DNA of 64,000 bases from an uncultured virus (IMG/VR IMGVR_UViG_3300034198_015519) (Duplodnaviria > Heunggongvirae > Uroviricota > Caudoviricetes): positions 1 through 64,000 of the IMG/VR virus record IMGVR_UViG_3300034198_015519; one strand, given 5' to 3'. Within the stretch, counting starts at the first letter, position 1. Every line of letters starts with the position of its first letter. Both the position numbers and the translations under genes were made by a program. A model generated the notes under the pieces. It saw nothing but the letters and a program-made list of their open reading frames with translations, was not told the origin of the DNA and did no database searches. Below are positions 40,401 to 49,416 of the stretch, piece by piece.

Positions 40401-42636
40401 AGGTAGTTCGGGTTCAAGTGGTTCATCAGGTAGTTCGGGTTCAAGTGGAACTAGTGGATTAAGTGGTAGTTCAGGTTCGTCAGGTAGTGCGGGAACAAGT
40501 GGTACTGGCGGTTCTTCAGGAACAAGTGGTACTGGCGGTTCTTCAGGAACAAGTGGCACATCGGGAACTGCAGGTTCAAGTGGGTCTGCAGGTTCTTCAG
40601 GAACAAGTGGAACTTCAGGAACAAGTGGAACATCAGGAAGTTCAGGTTCTGCGGGTTCAAGTGGTTCTTCCGGAACAAGTGGTAGTTCAGGTTCGTCGGG
40701 ATCGAGTGGTAGTGCCGGGTCTTCAGGATCTAGCGGAACTTCAGGAACAAGTGGTACGTCAGGGTCTAGTGGTTCATCAGGAACTAGCGGTAACTCATCT
40801 GCCGTAGGATGTTGGTATTGGGGTGAGGGTATCCCACCAGGTTTAGGAACATTAATTACAAATGGTAGTGTTGGATTAGGACCATCAACAAATACTTTAT
40901 ACGTAAGTGACCAAACAAATAGTGGTACGGATTTGGATTCGTATTTAGATTCTATCACTGTTGGTACAATAGTGAGGTTAGATGGATCCAACGGACCATT
41001 TTTCTTTAGTATAACATCGAATACAGATTCAGGTACTTATCATACCTTTGGAGTATCTCATATTTCAGGAATAGGGTTTGTACCAAATCCGGGGGTTGTC
41101 TATTGTTTAGATTTTTACTTAGTAGGTAGTTCGGGTTCTTCAGGTACATCAGGAACTAGTGGTACAAATGGTTCATCAGGAAGTAGTGGGAGTGCGGGTT
41201 TATCAGGAACAAGTGGAACTTCAGGTTCATCAGGATCAAGTGGAAGTGCAGGGTCTTCAGGTAGTTCCGGTACGAGTGGAACTCGAGGGTCTTCAGGTAC
41301 TAGCGGAACGTCAGGTTCAAGTGGTAGTACGGGGTCTTCAGGGTCTAGCGGAACTTCAGGATCAAGTGGTAGTAGTGGTTCGGCTGGTTCAAGTGGTTCT
41401 AGCGGAACTTCAGGTATAAGTGGAACATCAGGTTCTAGCGGAAGTACCGGATCGTCAGGTAGTTCAGGAACATCTGGATCTGCGGGGTCAAGTGGTTCTT
41501 CAGGGTCTGCAGGGTCAAGTGGATCTTCAGGTACATCAGGAACTTCAGGTTTAAGTGGGTCTTCTGGATCTAGTGGGTCGTCAGGTTCCTCAGGAAGTAG
41601 CGGGACATCGGGATCTAGTGGAACGTCAGGTAGTTCGGGTTCAACAGGTACGAGTGGAACGTCAGGTTCCTCGGGGTCAAGTGGAAGTGCAGGTTCTTCA
41701 GGGACAAGTGGTACTTCAGGAACTAGCGGAACTTCGGGTACGAGCGGTAGTTCAGGATCAAGTGGTTCTAGCGGAACTTCAGGTATAAGTGGAACATCAG
41801 GGTCTGCAGGAACAAGTGGTAGTTCAGGAACATCAGGTGCTAGTGGAACAAGTGGTTCTTCAGGTACTAGTGGTACCGCTGGAAGTTCAGGTTCATCAGG
41901 TAGTTCGGGATCAAGTGGGTCTTCAGGAACTAGCGGAACATCAGGAACAAGTGGTAATTCAGGTTCAAGTGGATCGTCAGGGTCTAGTGGTACCTCAGGA
42001 GCAAATGGGACGAGTGGGTCTTCAGGAACTAGCGGAACATCAGGGACAAGTGGTAGTTCAGGTACAAGTGGAACATCAGGGACAAGTGGTAGTTCAGGGT
42101 CTAGTGGTTCTTCAGGTACTTCTGGTACTAGAGGTTCATCAGGTACTAGTGGTACTTCAGGTTCAAGCGGTACTTCAGGAGTTTCCCCAACGGTACCTGG
42201 AAGTGATAATGAAGTATTAACCTCTGATGGTGCGGGTGGCATTGTTGCCGAACCTAACTTAACATTTGATGGTTCAATGTTAACCGATAATGGTGATTTT
42301 AGACAATTAGGATATCATTTAGTTAATACAACGACCGATAATAATGTTTCTGCCAGTCAAAATATATTATCGTTTAGTACTGATTTAGGTTGTGCGGCAT
42401 TTTTTGAATATTGTGTCACAAGAGATAATGGTGCTAAAAGAATGGGACAAGTATATGTTGTTTGGGATGGTAGTAGTGCGGATTCTACAGATGTCTCATC
42501 TCCTGATTTAAACGGGACAACTAATGACTTCATTTGGAAGGTAACTGTATCGGCATCTACACTTTATTTCGACGCTTCGATTGGTGGTGGGACATGGGAT
42601 ATATTAGTCCATGTTAGGATACTACTATCTAACTAA
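37495..42636 (+). CDS. Giant Gly-Ser/Thr-Ser triplet-repeat fibre-like protein (1713 aa)
   Basis: VTGGTY repeats, two G-X-S blocks separated by a globular insert, and a beta-rich C-terminal domain. Confidence 0.85.
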   Translation: MSGIYKNPITPINVLGAPSVLRTSTYGTNISVLGVGGFMEVYNLSDLFFTVPSGTTGYIENSGNTIPIQLQVGSGSIFSPNVITLGSDNISSGRRRLGMLAYVHETDCVYQFHLQNYQTVWNNAVAASGPGGPSVVFSDFGTTVKSNSVAGAAFVNMWTGNTIEGYNGGDETSTWRKFRTCAGSGTGTGISGFTYLNNTFTILDVTGGTYNATINTMTGLTVNGTFSATTYLGLPPEIFVTGGTYNPNNGVATFTNNTGGTFNVNGFLTGFTDIYVTGGTYFSASSTIELYRTDNGVVSITGITSNGSSGSSGSSGTSGSSGSSGSSGSSGSSGTSGSSGSSGSSGSSGSSGSSGTSGNAGSSGSSGLSGVDGTNGSSGTSGSSGSSGSSGSSGSSGTSGLSGSSGSSGSSGSAGSSGTSGTSGTSGSSGSAGSSGSSGSAGSSGLSGSSGSSGLSGSSGSSGSSGTSGLSGTSGSAGSSGSSGSSGTSGLSGSSGSSGSSGTSGTSGTSGTSGTSGSSGSTGSSGSSGNSGTSGSSGSTGTSGTSGTSGSSGSTGTSGTSGTSGSSGSSGSSGNSGTSGSSGSTGTSGTSGTSGTSGSTGSSGSSGSSGSSGSSGTSGINGSSGTSGNSGTSGTSGSSGTSGTSGTSGSSGSSGSSGSSGSSGTSGINGSSGTSGTSGTSGTSGTSGSSGSTGSSGTSGTSGSSGTSGTSGANGSSGTSGTSGSSGSSGSTGTSGTSGTSGSSGSSGSAGSSGSSGSAGSSGNSGTSGTSGTSGTSGSAGTSGSAGSSGSSGSAGTSGSSGSAGSAGSSGSSGSSGSSGSSGSSGTSGSSGTSGSAGSSGSSGLSGTSGSSGTSGTSGTSGTSGSSGSAGSSGSSGTSGTSGTSGSSGSSGSSGSSGSSGSSGSSGTSGSGGSSGTSGTSGTSGTAGTSGVSGLNGTNGSSGTSGSSGASGSSGSSGTSGSSGTSGTSGSSGSSGSSGSSGSSGTSGLSGSSGSSGSAGTSGTGGSSGTSGTGGSSGTSGTSGTAGSSGSAGSSGTSGTSGTSGTSGSSGSAGSSGSSGTSGSSGSSGSSGSAGSSGSSGTSGTSGTSGSSGSSGTSGNSSAVGCWYWGEGIPPGLGTLITNGSVGLGPSTNTLYVSDQTNSGTDLDSYLDSITVGTIVRLDGSNGPFFFSITSNTDSGTYHTFGVSHISGIGFVPNPGVVYCLDFYLVGSSGSSGTSGTSGTNGSSGSSGSAGLSGTSGTSGSSGSSGSAGSSGSSGTSGTRGSSGTSGTSGSSGSTGSSGSSGTSGSSGSSGSAGSSGSSGTSGISGTSGSSGSTGSSGSSGTSGSAGSSGSSGSAGSSGSSGTSGTSGLSGSSGSSGSSGSSGSSGTSGSSGTSGSSGSTGTSGTSGSSGSSGSAGSSGTSGTSGTSGTSGTSGSSGSSGSSGTSGISGTSGSAGTSGSSGTSGASGTSGSSGTSGTAGSSGSSGSSGSSGSSGTSGTSGTSGNSGSSGSSGSSGTSGANGTSGSSGTSGTSGTSGSSGTSGTSGTSGSSGSSGSSGTSGTRGSSGTSGTSGSSGTSGVSPTVPGSDNEVLTSDGAGGIVAEPNLTFDGSMLTDNGDFRQLGYHLVNTTTDNNVSASQNILSFSTDLGCAAFFEYCVTRDNGAKRMGQVYVVWDGSSADSTDVSSPDLNGTTNDFIWKVTVSASTLYFDASIGGGTWDILVHVRILLSN
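38413..40791 (+). repeat. G-X-S coding repeat block 1 (about 260 triplets)
   Basis: Degenerate 9-bp periodicity (GGN-TCN/ACN/AGY-TCN/AGY). Confidence 0.95.
41125..42180 (+). repeat. G-X-S coding repeat block 2 (about 115 triplets)
   Basis: Same periodicity as block 1. Confidence 0.95.
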
Positions 42637-42741
42637 AAGTATATTTTTAAATAAAAAGGTATAAAGTTTACTTATCTAGTATTTATTAAATAAAAACATA
42701 AATACGACTTTTCTTTTGGATAGGGAAAAAAGAAAAACTAT

Positions 42742-45700
42742 ATGAGTAATAAATTTGTAGCCCGTAACGGCCTAAAATCTTTAGGAGGTGTCATTTTACC
42801 GTATTCTGCGGTGAGTGCAACATACACTGTAAATACAGAAAACTATTTAGTTGATTGTGTTTCAGGAACATTTACCGTAACCTTACCAACTGCGGTAGGG
42901 ATACAAGGTCAAGTTTTCGTAATTAAAAATAGTGGTTCAGGAACAATAACTGTTGCAACAACAGGAGGTCAAACTATTGACGGGTCATCAACAAAAACAT
43001 TATTACAATACGGTTCATTATATATCCAAAGTGATAACACCAATTGGGACATTGTAGGTCCAAGCGGAACATCCGGTTCTGCGGGTAGTAGTGGTTCTTC
43101 AGGTTCTTCAGGAAATAGTGGGACTAGCGGCACATCAGGGTCTTCAGGAAGTAGTGGTACATCCGGAACTAGCGGTAGTGCGGGTTCATCAGGAAGTTCA
43201 GGTTCTGCGGGTAGTGCAGGGTCAAGTGGGTCTTCAGGTAATAGTGGAACTTCGGGGTCTAGTGGTACGAGCGGAACGTCAGGGTCAAGTGGAAATAGCG
43301 GGACATCAGGAAGTTCAGGAACGAGTGGAACATCAGGATCTGCCGGAAGCTCAGGTAGTAGTGGTACGGGAGGTTCAAGTGGAAATAGTGGAACATCAGG
43401 GTCAAGTGGAACTTCAGGTTCTGCAGGGTCCTCAGGTTCAAGTGGAAATAGTGGTACTTCAGGATCTAGCGGAAGTGCGGGTTCAAGTGGTTCATCAGGT
43501 ACTTCAGGAACAAGTGGAACAAACGGGTCGAGCGGGACATCAGGTAGTTCGGGATCTAGCGGAAGTGCAGGGTCATCAGGAAGTTCAGGTACGAGTGGAA
43601 CATCAGGGGCTAGTGGAAGTGCGGGAACAAGTGGTTCTTCAGGTAGTTCAGGGTCTGCTGGTTCAAGCGGTACATCAGGAACTAGTGGTTCAAGTGGAAG
43701 TAGTGGTAGTTCGGGTAATAGTGGTACTTCGGGTTCTGCAGGATCAAGTGGTAGTTCAGGTTCAAGTGGAAATAGTGGAACATCTGGTTCTTCAGGAACA
43801 AGCGGTACATCAGGCTCAAGTGGGTCTTCAGGAAATAGTGGAACATCCGGTTCTTCAGGTAGTTCAGGGTCTGCCGGTTCAAGTGGTACATCAGGAAGCT
43901 CAGGCACAAGTGGTACATCAGGAAGCTCAGGTTCAAGTGGTAATAGCGGAACATCAGGATCAAGCGGTTCTTCAGGAAATAGTGGTACATCTGGTTCTAG
44001 TGGTACTAGCGGAACGTCAGGAACAAGTGGGTCATCTGGTTCTGCGGGTTCTTCAGGTAGTTCAGGGTCTGCTGGTTCAAGCGGTACATCAGGAACAAGA
44101 GGATCATCAGGCACATCAGGAACTAGTGGGACAAATGGTTCTAGTGGTACATCAGGTTCAAGTGGTAGTTCAGGTAATAGTGGAACTTCGGGTTCTTCAG
44201 GAACAAGTGGTACGTCAGGGTCTAGCGGTAGTGCGGGATCTAGCGGATCTTCAGGAAATAGTGGAACATCAGGTTCTTCAGGGACGAGCGGATCATCAGG
44301 AAATAGTGGGACTTCAGGTTCAAGCGGAACATCGGGTACATCCGGTTCTGCAGGTTCGAGTGGTTCATCAGGTTCGTCCGGATCAAGTGGTACCTCAGGT
44401 ACTAGAGGTTCGTCAGGTACATCAGGTACTAGTGGAACAAACGGATCTAGCGGTTCTTCAGGTTCAAGTGGAAATAGCGGTACTTCAGGAAGTTCGGGTA
44501 CGAGTGGATCTAGCGGAAGTGCGGGGTCTTCAGGTTCAAGCGGAAATAGCGGAACATCAGGTAGCTCAGGAACATCTGGATCTAGCGGAAGTGCGGGGTC
44601 TTCAGGTTCATCGGGTAATAGCGGTACGAGCGGGTCTTCAGGTACGTCAGGAACCAGTGGTAGTTCAGGGTCTGCAGGTAGTAGTGGTTCTTCAGGTAAT
44701 AGTGGGACTTCAGGTTCTAGCGGTTCTTCGGGAAATAGTGGAACTTCAGGTTCTAGCGGTACAAGTGGGACTTCAGGTTCTTCAGGAAATAGCGGAACGT
44801 CCGGATCTAGTGGGTCGTCAGGATCATCAGGTAGTTCGGGATCGAGTGGTACCTCAGGAACAAGAGGTTCGTCCGGTACTAGCGGTACTTCAGGAGCAAA
44901 TGGAACATCGGGGTCTAGCGGTTCTTCAGGAAATAGTGGAACTTCAGGTTCTAGTGGTACGAGCGGCGCAAATGGTACTTCAGGATCAAGTGGTTCTGCA
45001 GGTACTTCAGGGTCATCGGGTAATAGTGGAACATCAGGCTCTTCAGGAACGAGTGGTACGAGTGGTTCATCAGGTAATAGTGGAACATCAGGTTCAAGTG
45101 GTTCATCAGGTAATAGTGGAACATCAGGGAGCTCAGGAACGAGTGGCGCAAATGGTACTTCGGGGTCTAGCGGTTCTTCGGGTAATAGTGGAACGTCAGG
45201 TTCTTCAGGAACAAGTGGAAGTAGTGGTAGTTCAGGTAATAGCGGAACATCAGGTTCAAGTGGATCGTCAGGTTCAAGTGGGTCATCAGGTTCGAGCGGT
45301 ACTTCGGGTACAAGAGGTTCTTCAGGAACAAGTGGAAGTAGTGGTAGTTCAGGTAATAGCGGAACATCAGGTTCTTCAGGAACAAGCGGAGCAAATGGAA
45401 CATCAGGATCAAGTGGTTCTTCAGGAAATAGTGGAACATCGGGTTCTAGTGGAACAAGCGGAGCAAATGGTACTTCAGGATCAAGTGGTTCATCGGGTAA
45501 TAGCGGAACATCGGGTTCTTCAGGAACAAGTGGAAGTAGTGGTTCTTCAGGAAATAGTGGAACATCAGGTTCTAGTGGTTCTTCAGGAAATAGCGGAACG
45601 TCAGGTTCTTCAGGTAATAGTGGGACAAGTGGTAGTTCAGGTACGAGTGGTGCGAATGGAACATCGGGGTCATCAGGAAATACAGGCACATCCGGATCGT

Positions 45701-46659
45701 CAGGTAATAGTGGTTCAAGTGGTACATCGGGGACAAGAGGTTCGTCAGGGTCGAGCGGATCGTCAGGTAATACGGGGACATCAGGATCTAGTGGTACTTC
45801 AGGGACTAGTGGTTCTTCAGGAGCATCGGGAGCTGCGGGTACAAGTGGGTCGAGCGGAACTTCAGGAAACACAGGTACATCAGGATCTAGTGGTAGTTCA
45901 GGTAATACGGGAACTTCAGGATCTAGTGGTAGTTCAGGTAATAGTGGAACATCAGGTTCTAGCGGATCGTCAGGGTCAAGTGGGTCGTCAGGGTCTAGTG
46001 GGACATCGGGTACTAGAGGTTCTTCAGGATCCTCAGGAAGTGCGGGTTCTAGTGGTACAGGGTTCACAACCATTTCACCAACAACCGATAATAACGTATT
46101 AACCGCTAACGGAACGGCAAATTCGGCAAATTCAGAACCAAACTTAACATTTAATGGGACCACTTTAGCGGTAACGGGTAATGTGACAGTTTCGGTGGAC
46201 GCAACCGTTGATGGGGAATTAGAAGTTACAAGAGGTGCTGGATCGTGGAAAATTAATACAGACCCTGTTACGGTTCTTACAACTAATGGTCAATGGTATG
46301 GTGAGGCATTATCAATTGGGGATATAGGTAGTGGTGTTGTTGCAGGTAATGTTTACTATCTTTCTTCTTCATCAACATGGATTGCTGCGGATGCGGATGC
46401 TGCGTCCTCATCTAGAAATTTATTAGCTATTGCAACAACAGCCGCAGGTTTTAATAGAGGTATGTTAATTAGAGGGTACTTTAAAAATACATCTTGGTCA
46501 TTTACAATTGGTGCACCTGTTTATTTGTCTGTAACCGCCGGAGGTCTTTCATCTACTCAACCAACAGGGACTGCGGATATTGTTAGAGTTGTTGGTTATG
46601 CGATTGCGGCGGATGAACTTTACTTTAACCCATCAAATGATTGGGTAGAATTGGCATAA
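42742..46659 (+). CDS. Second giant Gly-Ser/Thr-Ser repeat fibre-like protein (1305 aa)
   Basis: N-terminal domain [25 protein letters not shown]...QTIDG; long G-X-S block; C-terminal GAPVYLS...VRVVGYA. Confidence 0.85.
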   Translation: MSNKFVARNGLKSLGGVILPYSAVSATYTVNTENYLVDCVSGTFTVTLPTAVGIQGQVFVIKNSGSGTITVATTGGQTIDGSSTKTLLQYGSLYIQSDNTNWDIVGPSGTSGSAGSSGSSGSSGNSGTSGTSGSSGSSGTSGTSGSAGSSGSSGSAGSAGSSGSSGNSGTSGSSGTSGTSGSSGNSGTSGSSGTSGTSGSAGSSGSSGTGGSSGNSGTSGSSGTSGSAGSSGSSGNSGTSGSSGSAGSSGSSGTSGTSGTNGSSGTSGSSGSSGSAGSSGSSGTSGTSGASGSAGTSGSSGSSGSAGSSGTSGTSGSSGSSGSSGNSGTSGSAGSSGSSGSSGNSGTSGSSGTSGTSGSSGSSGNSGTSGSSGSSGSAGSSGTSGSSGTSGTSGSSGSSGNSGTSGSSGSSGNSGTSGSSGTSGTSGTSGSSGSAGSSGSSGSAGSSGTSGTRGSSGTSGTSGTNGSSGTSGSSGSSGNSGTSGSSGTSGTSGSSGSAGSSGSSGNSGTSGSSGTSGSSGNSGTSGSSGTSGTSGSAGSSGSSGSSGSSGTSGTRGSSGTSGTSGTNGSSGSSGSSGNSGTSGSSGTSGSSGSAGSSGSSGNSGTSGSSGTSGSSGSAGSSGSSGNSGTSGSSGTSGTSGSSGSAGSSGSSGNSGTSGSSGSSGNSGTSGSSGTSGTSGSSGNSGTSGSSGSSGSSGSSGSSGTSGTRGSSGTSGTSGANGTSGSSGSSGNSGTSGSSGTSGANGTSGSSGSAGTSGSSGNSGTSGSSGTSGTSGSSGNSGTSGSSGSSGNSGTSGSSGTSGANGTSGSSGSSGNSGTSGSSGTSGSSGSSGNSGTSGSSGSSGSSGSSGSSGTSGTRGSSGTSGSSGSSGNSGTSGSSGTSGANGTSGSSGSSGNSGTSGSSGTSGANGTSGSSGSSGNSGTSGSSGTSGSSGSSGNSGTSGSSGSSGNSGTSGSSGNSGTSGSSGTSGANGTSGSSGNTGTSGSSGNSGSSGTSGTRGSSGSSGSSGNTGTSGSSGTSGTSGSSGASGAAGTSGSSGTSGNTGTSGSSGSSGNTGTSGSSGSSGNSGTSGSSGSSGSSGSSGSSGTSGTRGSSGSSGSAGSSGTGFTTISPTTDNNVLTANGTANSANSEPNLTFNGTTLAVTGNVTVSVDATVDGELEVTRGAGSWKINTDPVTVLTTNGQWYGEALSIGDIGSGVVAGNVYYLSSSSTWIAADADAASSSRNLLAIATTAAGFNRGMLIRGYFKNTSWSFTIGAPVYLSVTAGGLSSTQPTGTADIVRVVGYAIAADELYFNPSNDWVELA
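43057..46056 (+). repeat. G-X-S coding repeat block 3 (about 330 triplets)
   Basis: [12 protein letters not shown] triplets punctuated by GTR and GAN. Confidence 0.95.
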
Positions 46660-46660
46660 T

Positions 46661-47290
46661 ATGGGAGTAATAACTAAAATAAATGATGTTTTATGTGTTA
46701 GCGTATCTAAAGTTACGGATAAGGCGAAAGCCAGTATACAATATTGGGACGAGAATGCGTTTTGTCCCGTAGCGCCGACACCTACACCGACTATTAGTCC
46801 TACACCGACTCCAACACCAACAAGAACACCTACGCCAACACCTACACCGACAATTAGTCCAACACCTACAAGAACACCAACACCGACACCAACTATTAGT
46901 CCTACGCCAACACCTACACCTGTACCTCCAACACCTACACCAACAAGAACTCCAACACCGACACCTACACCTGTACCACCAACACCTACACCTACACCTA
47001 CAGCTGCCGAACCAACACCAACGCCTACACCTACTGAATGTGATCGTGATTGTTGTGTTGTTGAGTTATGTTTTGGAAATGATTGTAGTGAAGCTTGTTC
47101 ATGTAACGATCCACGAATGGTTTACCTTTCAATATGTAAATTAGCCGATTGTAATTTATCAAATGCCTTCGGTATTTATGATGACGATACATGTAGGACA
47201 CCAGCACAAGGTGGTTTCTATTCCGATGGTACCGATTGTTGGTACTGGGATCCAGGTATACCAAGATTAGATTATCAAGGTCCTTGTTAA
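46661..47290 (+). CDS. Pro-Thr repeat (mucin-like) protein with a Cys-rich C-terminal domain
   Basis: About 85-aa (PT)n tract followed by about 11 Cys. Confidence 0.8.
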   Translation: MGVITKINDVLCVSVSKVTDKAKASIQYWDENAFCPVAPTPTPTISPTPTPTPTRTPTPTPTPTISPTPTRTPTPTPTISPTPTPTPVPPTPTPTRTPTPTPTPVPPTPTPTPTAAEPTPTPTPTECDRDCCVVELCFGNDCSEACSCNDPRMVYLSICKLADCNLSNAFGIYDDDTCRTPAQGGFYSDGTDCWYWDPGIPRLDYQGPC

Positions 47291-47294
47291 TATC

Positions 47295-49415
47295 TTAAAG
47301 TAAATTATTGATTTTATTAATAACCATTTCAGATGATATAGTTTTCGTACACTCAAATTGTCTTTTGGTTCCCTTAAGTTTTGGACACCAATTCCAATCT
47401 CCCGCATCGAATTTTTCATTATTGAAACAACCGTGACATACATTTTCATTTATTACTCGATAAACGTCTAATTCCATTTCAGCCCATTTTTCACTAAAAC
47501 CTGAAATTAAAATTACGGGTAGTTCACAAGCCCATGCCAACCAACTTAATCCTGACCCTAACCCTATGAAAAATTCACAAGTGGATAAGTCATTTATAAC
47601 ATCTTTAATGTCACCACTTTTAAATACGGTTGCGTTTTTTGGGTAAAAATTACCCATATAACCATCACCTTCATTTGAATATATCACACATTCATAACCT
47701 AACATTCTTAAGTGGTCAACCACTTCTTGCCACCCGTTTGGGTTATTCCAATATTTTGCCTGTGCGGTTGAATGTATACCGAGACCTACTTTTTTTTGTT
47801 TTTCTACTTTTGGTAAATTTAATAATGGTCTTACTTCTTTATGTTGTAGACCTAAAATATCTGATGCGGTTTTTTGTAGAGGTTGTTTTTTAAAATCGTT
47901 TGGGTGTCTATTATAATCAACATTATCACCTTCATTAAACCAACCAATATTATACATAGCGTAAAGGTCATGTACAACATCACCAGGATTTACAAATTTA
48001 ATGTTTGGGTATTGACCAATAAATAAATCATTCATAAATGTAGACACTATTAATTCACAATCGTGAACCTTTCTAAATTCTTCACATTGTGGAAGCCAAG
48101 CCATTGTATCACCTAAAGATTTTGATTCTAAGGAAACATAAACCTTTTTATTTTTAAGGTTTAACTTATGTTCATACACCAACTCGTCACCATTAAATAT
48201 TTTACAAGTCCACGGTTTATAATATAAAGTATTTAATTTTGCCCACATATTTGGAGATAGTTCAGAACGATAAGTTAAAACGTCTCCATCCCAAAATTCT
48301 ACAGTATATTTTTTATCTCCTGATCCTTTTATTTCTATCGTTGGTGATCCAACAAAATGTAAACTAAATGAAACATTTTCTCTTGGTTCTCTGTACTGTA
48401 TTTTTGTGTTAGTTAAGGTATCAACTAAAAGATTTTTAGTGTCTTCCGATTTATAGTTTTTATTTATGATTGCAACAGAACTATAAATATTAATTAACCT
48501 TTTTGTTATTGTTGACCAATCAAAATCATTCCTTGTCTCTTTGGTTTCATTAAATAACTTCCCCCAATGTTCAATAACGTACTTAAGACCATCGACCACT
48601 GAATCAGTGTTTCTTTCAATCTTTCTTAAACCTCCTATTTTTGGTGCACCGTCGTAAGTACCGACTGTTGGTAACCCGCAAGACATCGCCTCTAATAATG
48701 TTAAATTTGGGTGTCCCGCCTCTAAAATAGATGGGTGAGCAAATATTGTATGTGTGTTATATAATCTCTTAATTGACTCTTCGTCAGGGTTACCGTAAAT
48801 CACGGTCAACTTTTCGTATTCTAATAGGTCAGGGTTTGAATCAAAAAAGTTTTTATTATTATCAGGCCCTGCCACCGTAATTTCTAAATCTAATTCTCTT
48901 GCTGCTTCTATTGCGTATCTAAATCCTTTCCTATCTATTGATTGGTTATATGCAAAACCATTATTTGCGAGACATAATATTTTATGGTTAGGTATTCCCT
49001 CTGAACTTAGGTTATCAAAAAACTCAGTATCAACCCCGTGAGATAAATAAAATAACTTGTCAGTTTCAATAAAATAATCAACCAAAAATTCGGCATGGCA
49101 AAACGAAATAATTGAATTTTTTATTGCTTTTAAATTTAATTGATACAGTTCGGAATCCCTACCATATTCAACAACATGGTGGTCGTGTAATGAAAAAATA
49201 TACGGTATCCCCATTTCATGTGCCTCGATAGCTAAATTTGCAACATGAATGTGAATAATATCTGAATTCCTATCAACCTCACTTAAATATTTAATTTCAG
49301 ACTCATGTCCTTGACATTGTAAGTTTAGATGGTAATTCCAAATCACCTTTTCAATTGCTCCCCATCCATTAGGTGGAATTGTTATTAATCCTGGTGTTAC
49401 GTGAGTTATTTTCAT
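47295..49415 (-). CDS. GT4 glycosyltransferase fused to an AAH/TibC-like autotransporter O-heptosyltransferase domain
   Basis: N-terminal PPNGWGAIE...RKG...E....TLLEAMSCGLP; C-terminal SLGDTMAW, FIGLGSGLSWLAW, LISGFS, CHGC...WCP...FECTK.I. Confidence 0.82.
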   Translation of the reverse strand: MKITHVTPGLITIPPNGWGAIEKVIWNYHLNLQCQGHESEIKYLSEVDRNSDIIHIHVANLAIEAHEMGIPYIFSLHDHHVVEYGRDSELYQLNLKAIKNSIISFCHAEFLVDYFIETDKLFYLSHGVDTEFFDNLSSEGIPNHKILCLANNGFAYNQSIDRKGFRYAIEAARELDLEITVAGPDNNKNFFDSNPDLLEYEKLTVIYGNPDEESIKRLYNTHTIFAHPSILEAGHPNLTLLEAMSCGLPTVGTYDGAPKIGGLRKIERNTDSVVDGLKYVIEHWGKLFNETKETRNDFDWSTITKRLINIYSSVAIINKNYKSEDTKNLLVDTLTNTKIQYREPRENVSFSLHFVGSPTIEIKGSGDKKYTVEFWDGDVLTYRSELSPNMWAKLNTLYYKPWTCKIFNGDELVYEHKLNLKNKKVYVSLESKSLGDTMAWLPQCEEFRKVHDCELIVSTFMNDLFIGQYPNIKFVNPGDVVHDLYAMYNIGWFNEGDNVDYNRHPNDFKKQPLQKTASDILGLQHKEVRPLLNLPKVEKQKKVGLGIHSTAQAKYWNNPNGWQEVVDHLRMLGYECVIYSNEGDGYMGNFYPKNATVFKSGDIKDVINDLSTCEFFIGLGSGLSWLAWACELPVILISGFSEKWAEMELDVYRVINENVCHGCFNNEKFDAGDWNWCPKLKGTKRQFECTKTISSEMVINKINNLL

Positions 49416-49416
49416 T

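Noticed and set aside
38969..46102. Alternative-frame plus-strand V/Q-rich ORFs (443, 1003 aa and others)
   Set aside because: Frame-shifted readings of the same repeat, confined to the repeat blocks.
38334..46163. Long minus-strand Pro/Glu/Leu/Val ORFs (885, 375 and 1064 aa)
   Set aside because: Antisense shadows of the G-X-S repeats: GGN reads as Pro and the repeat frame has no stops. No promoter or independent domains.
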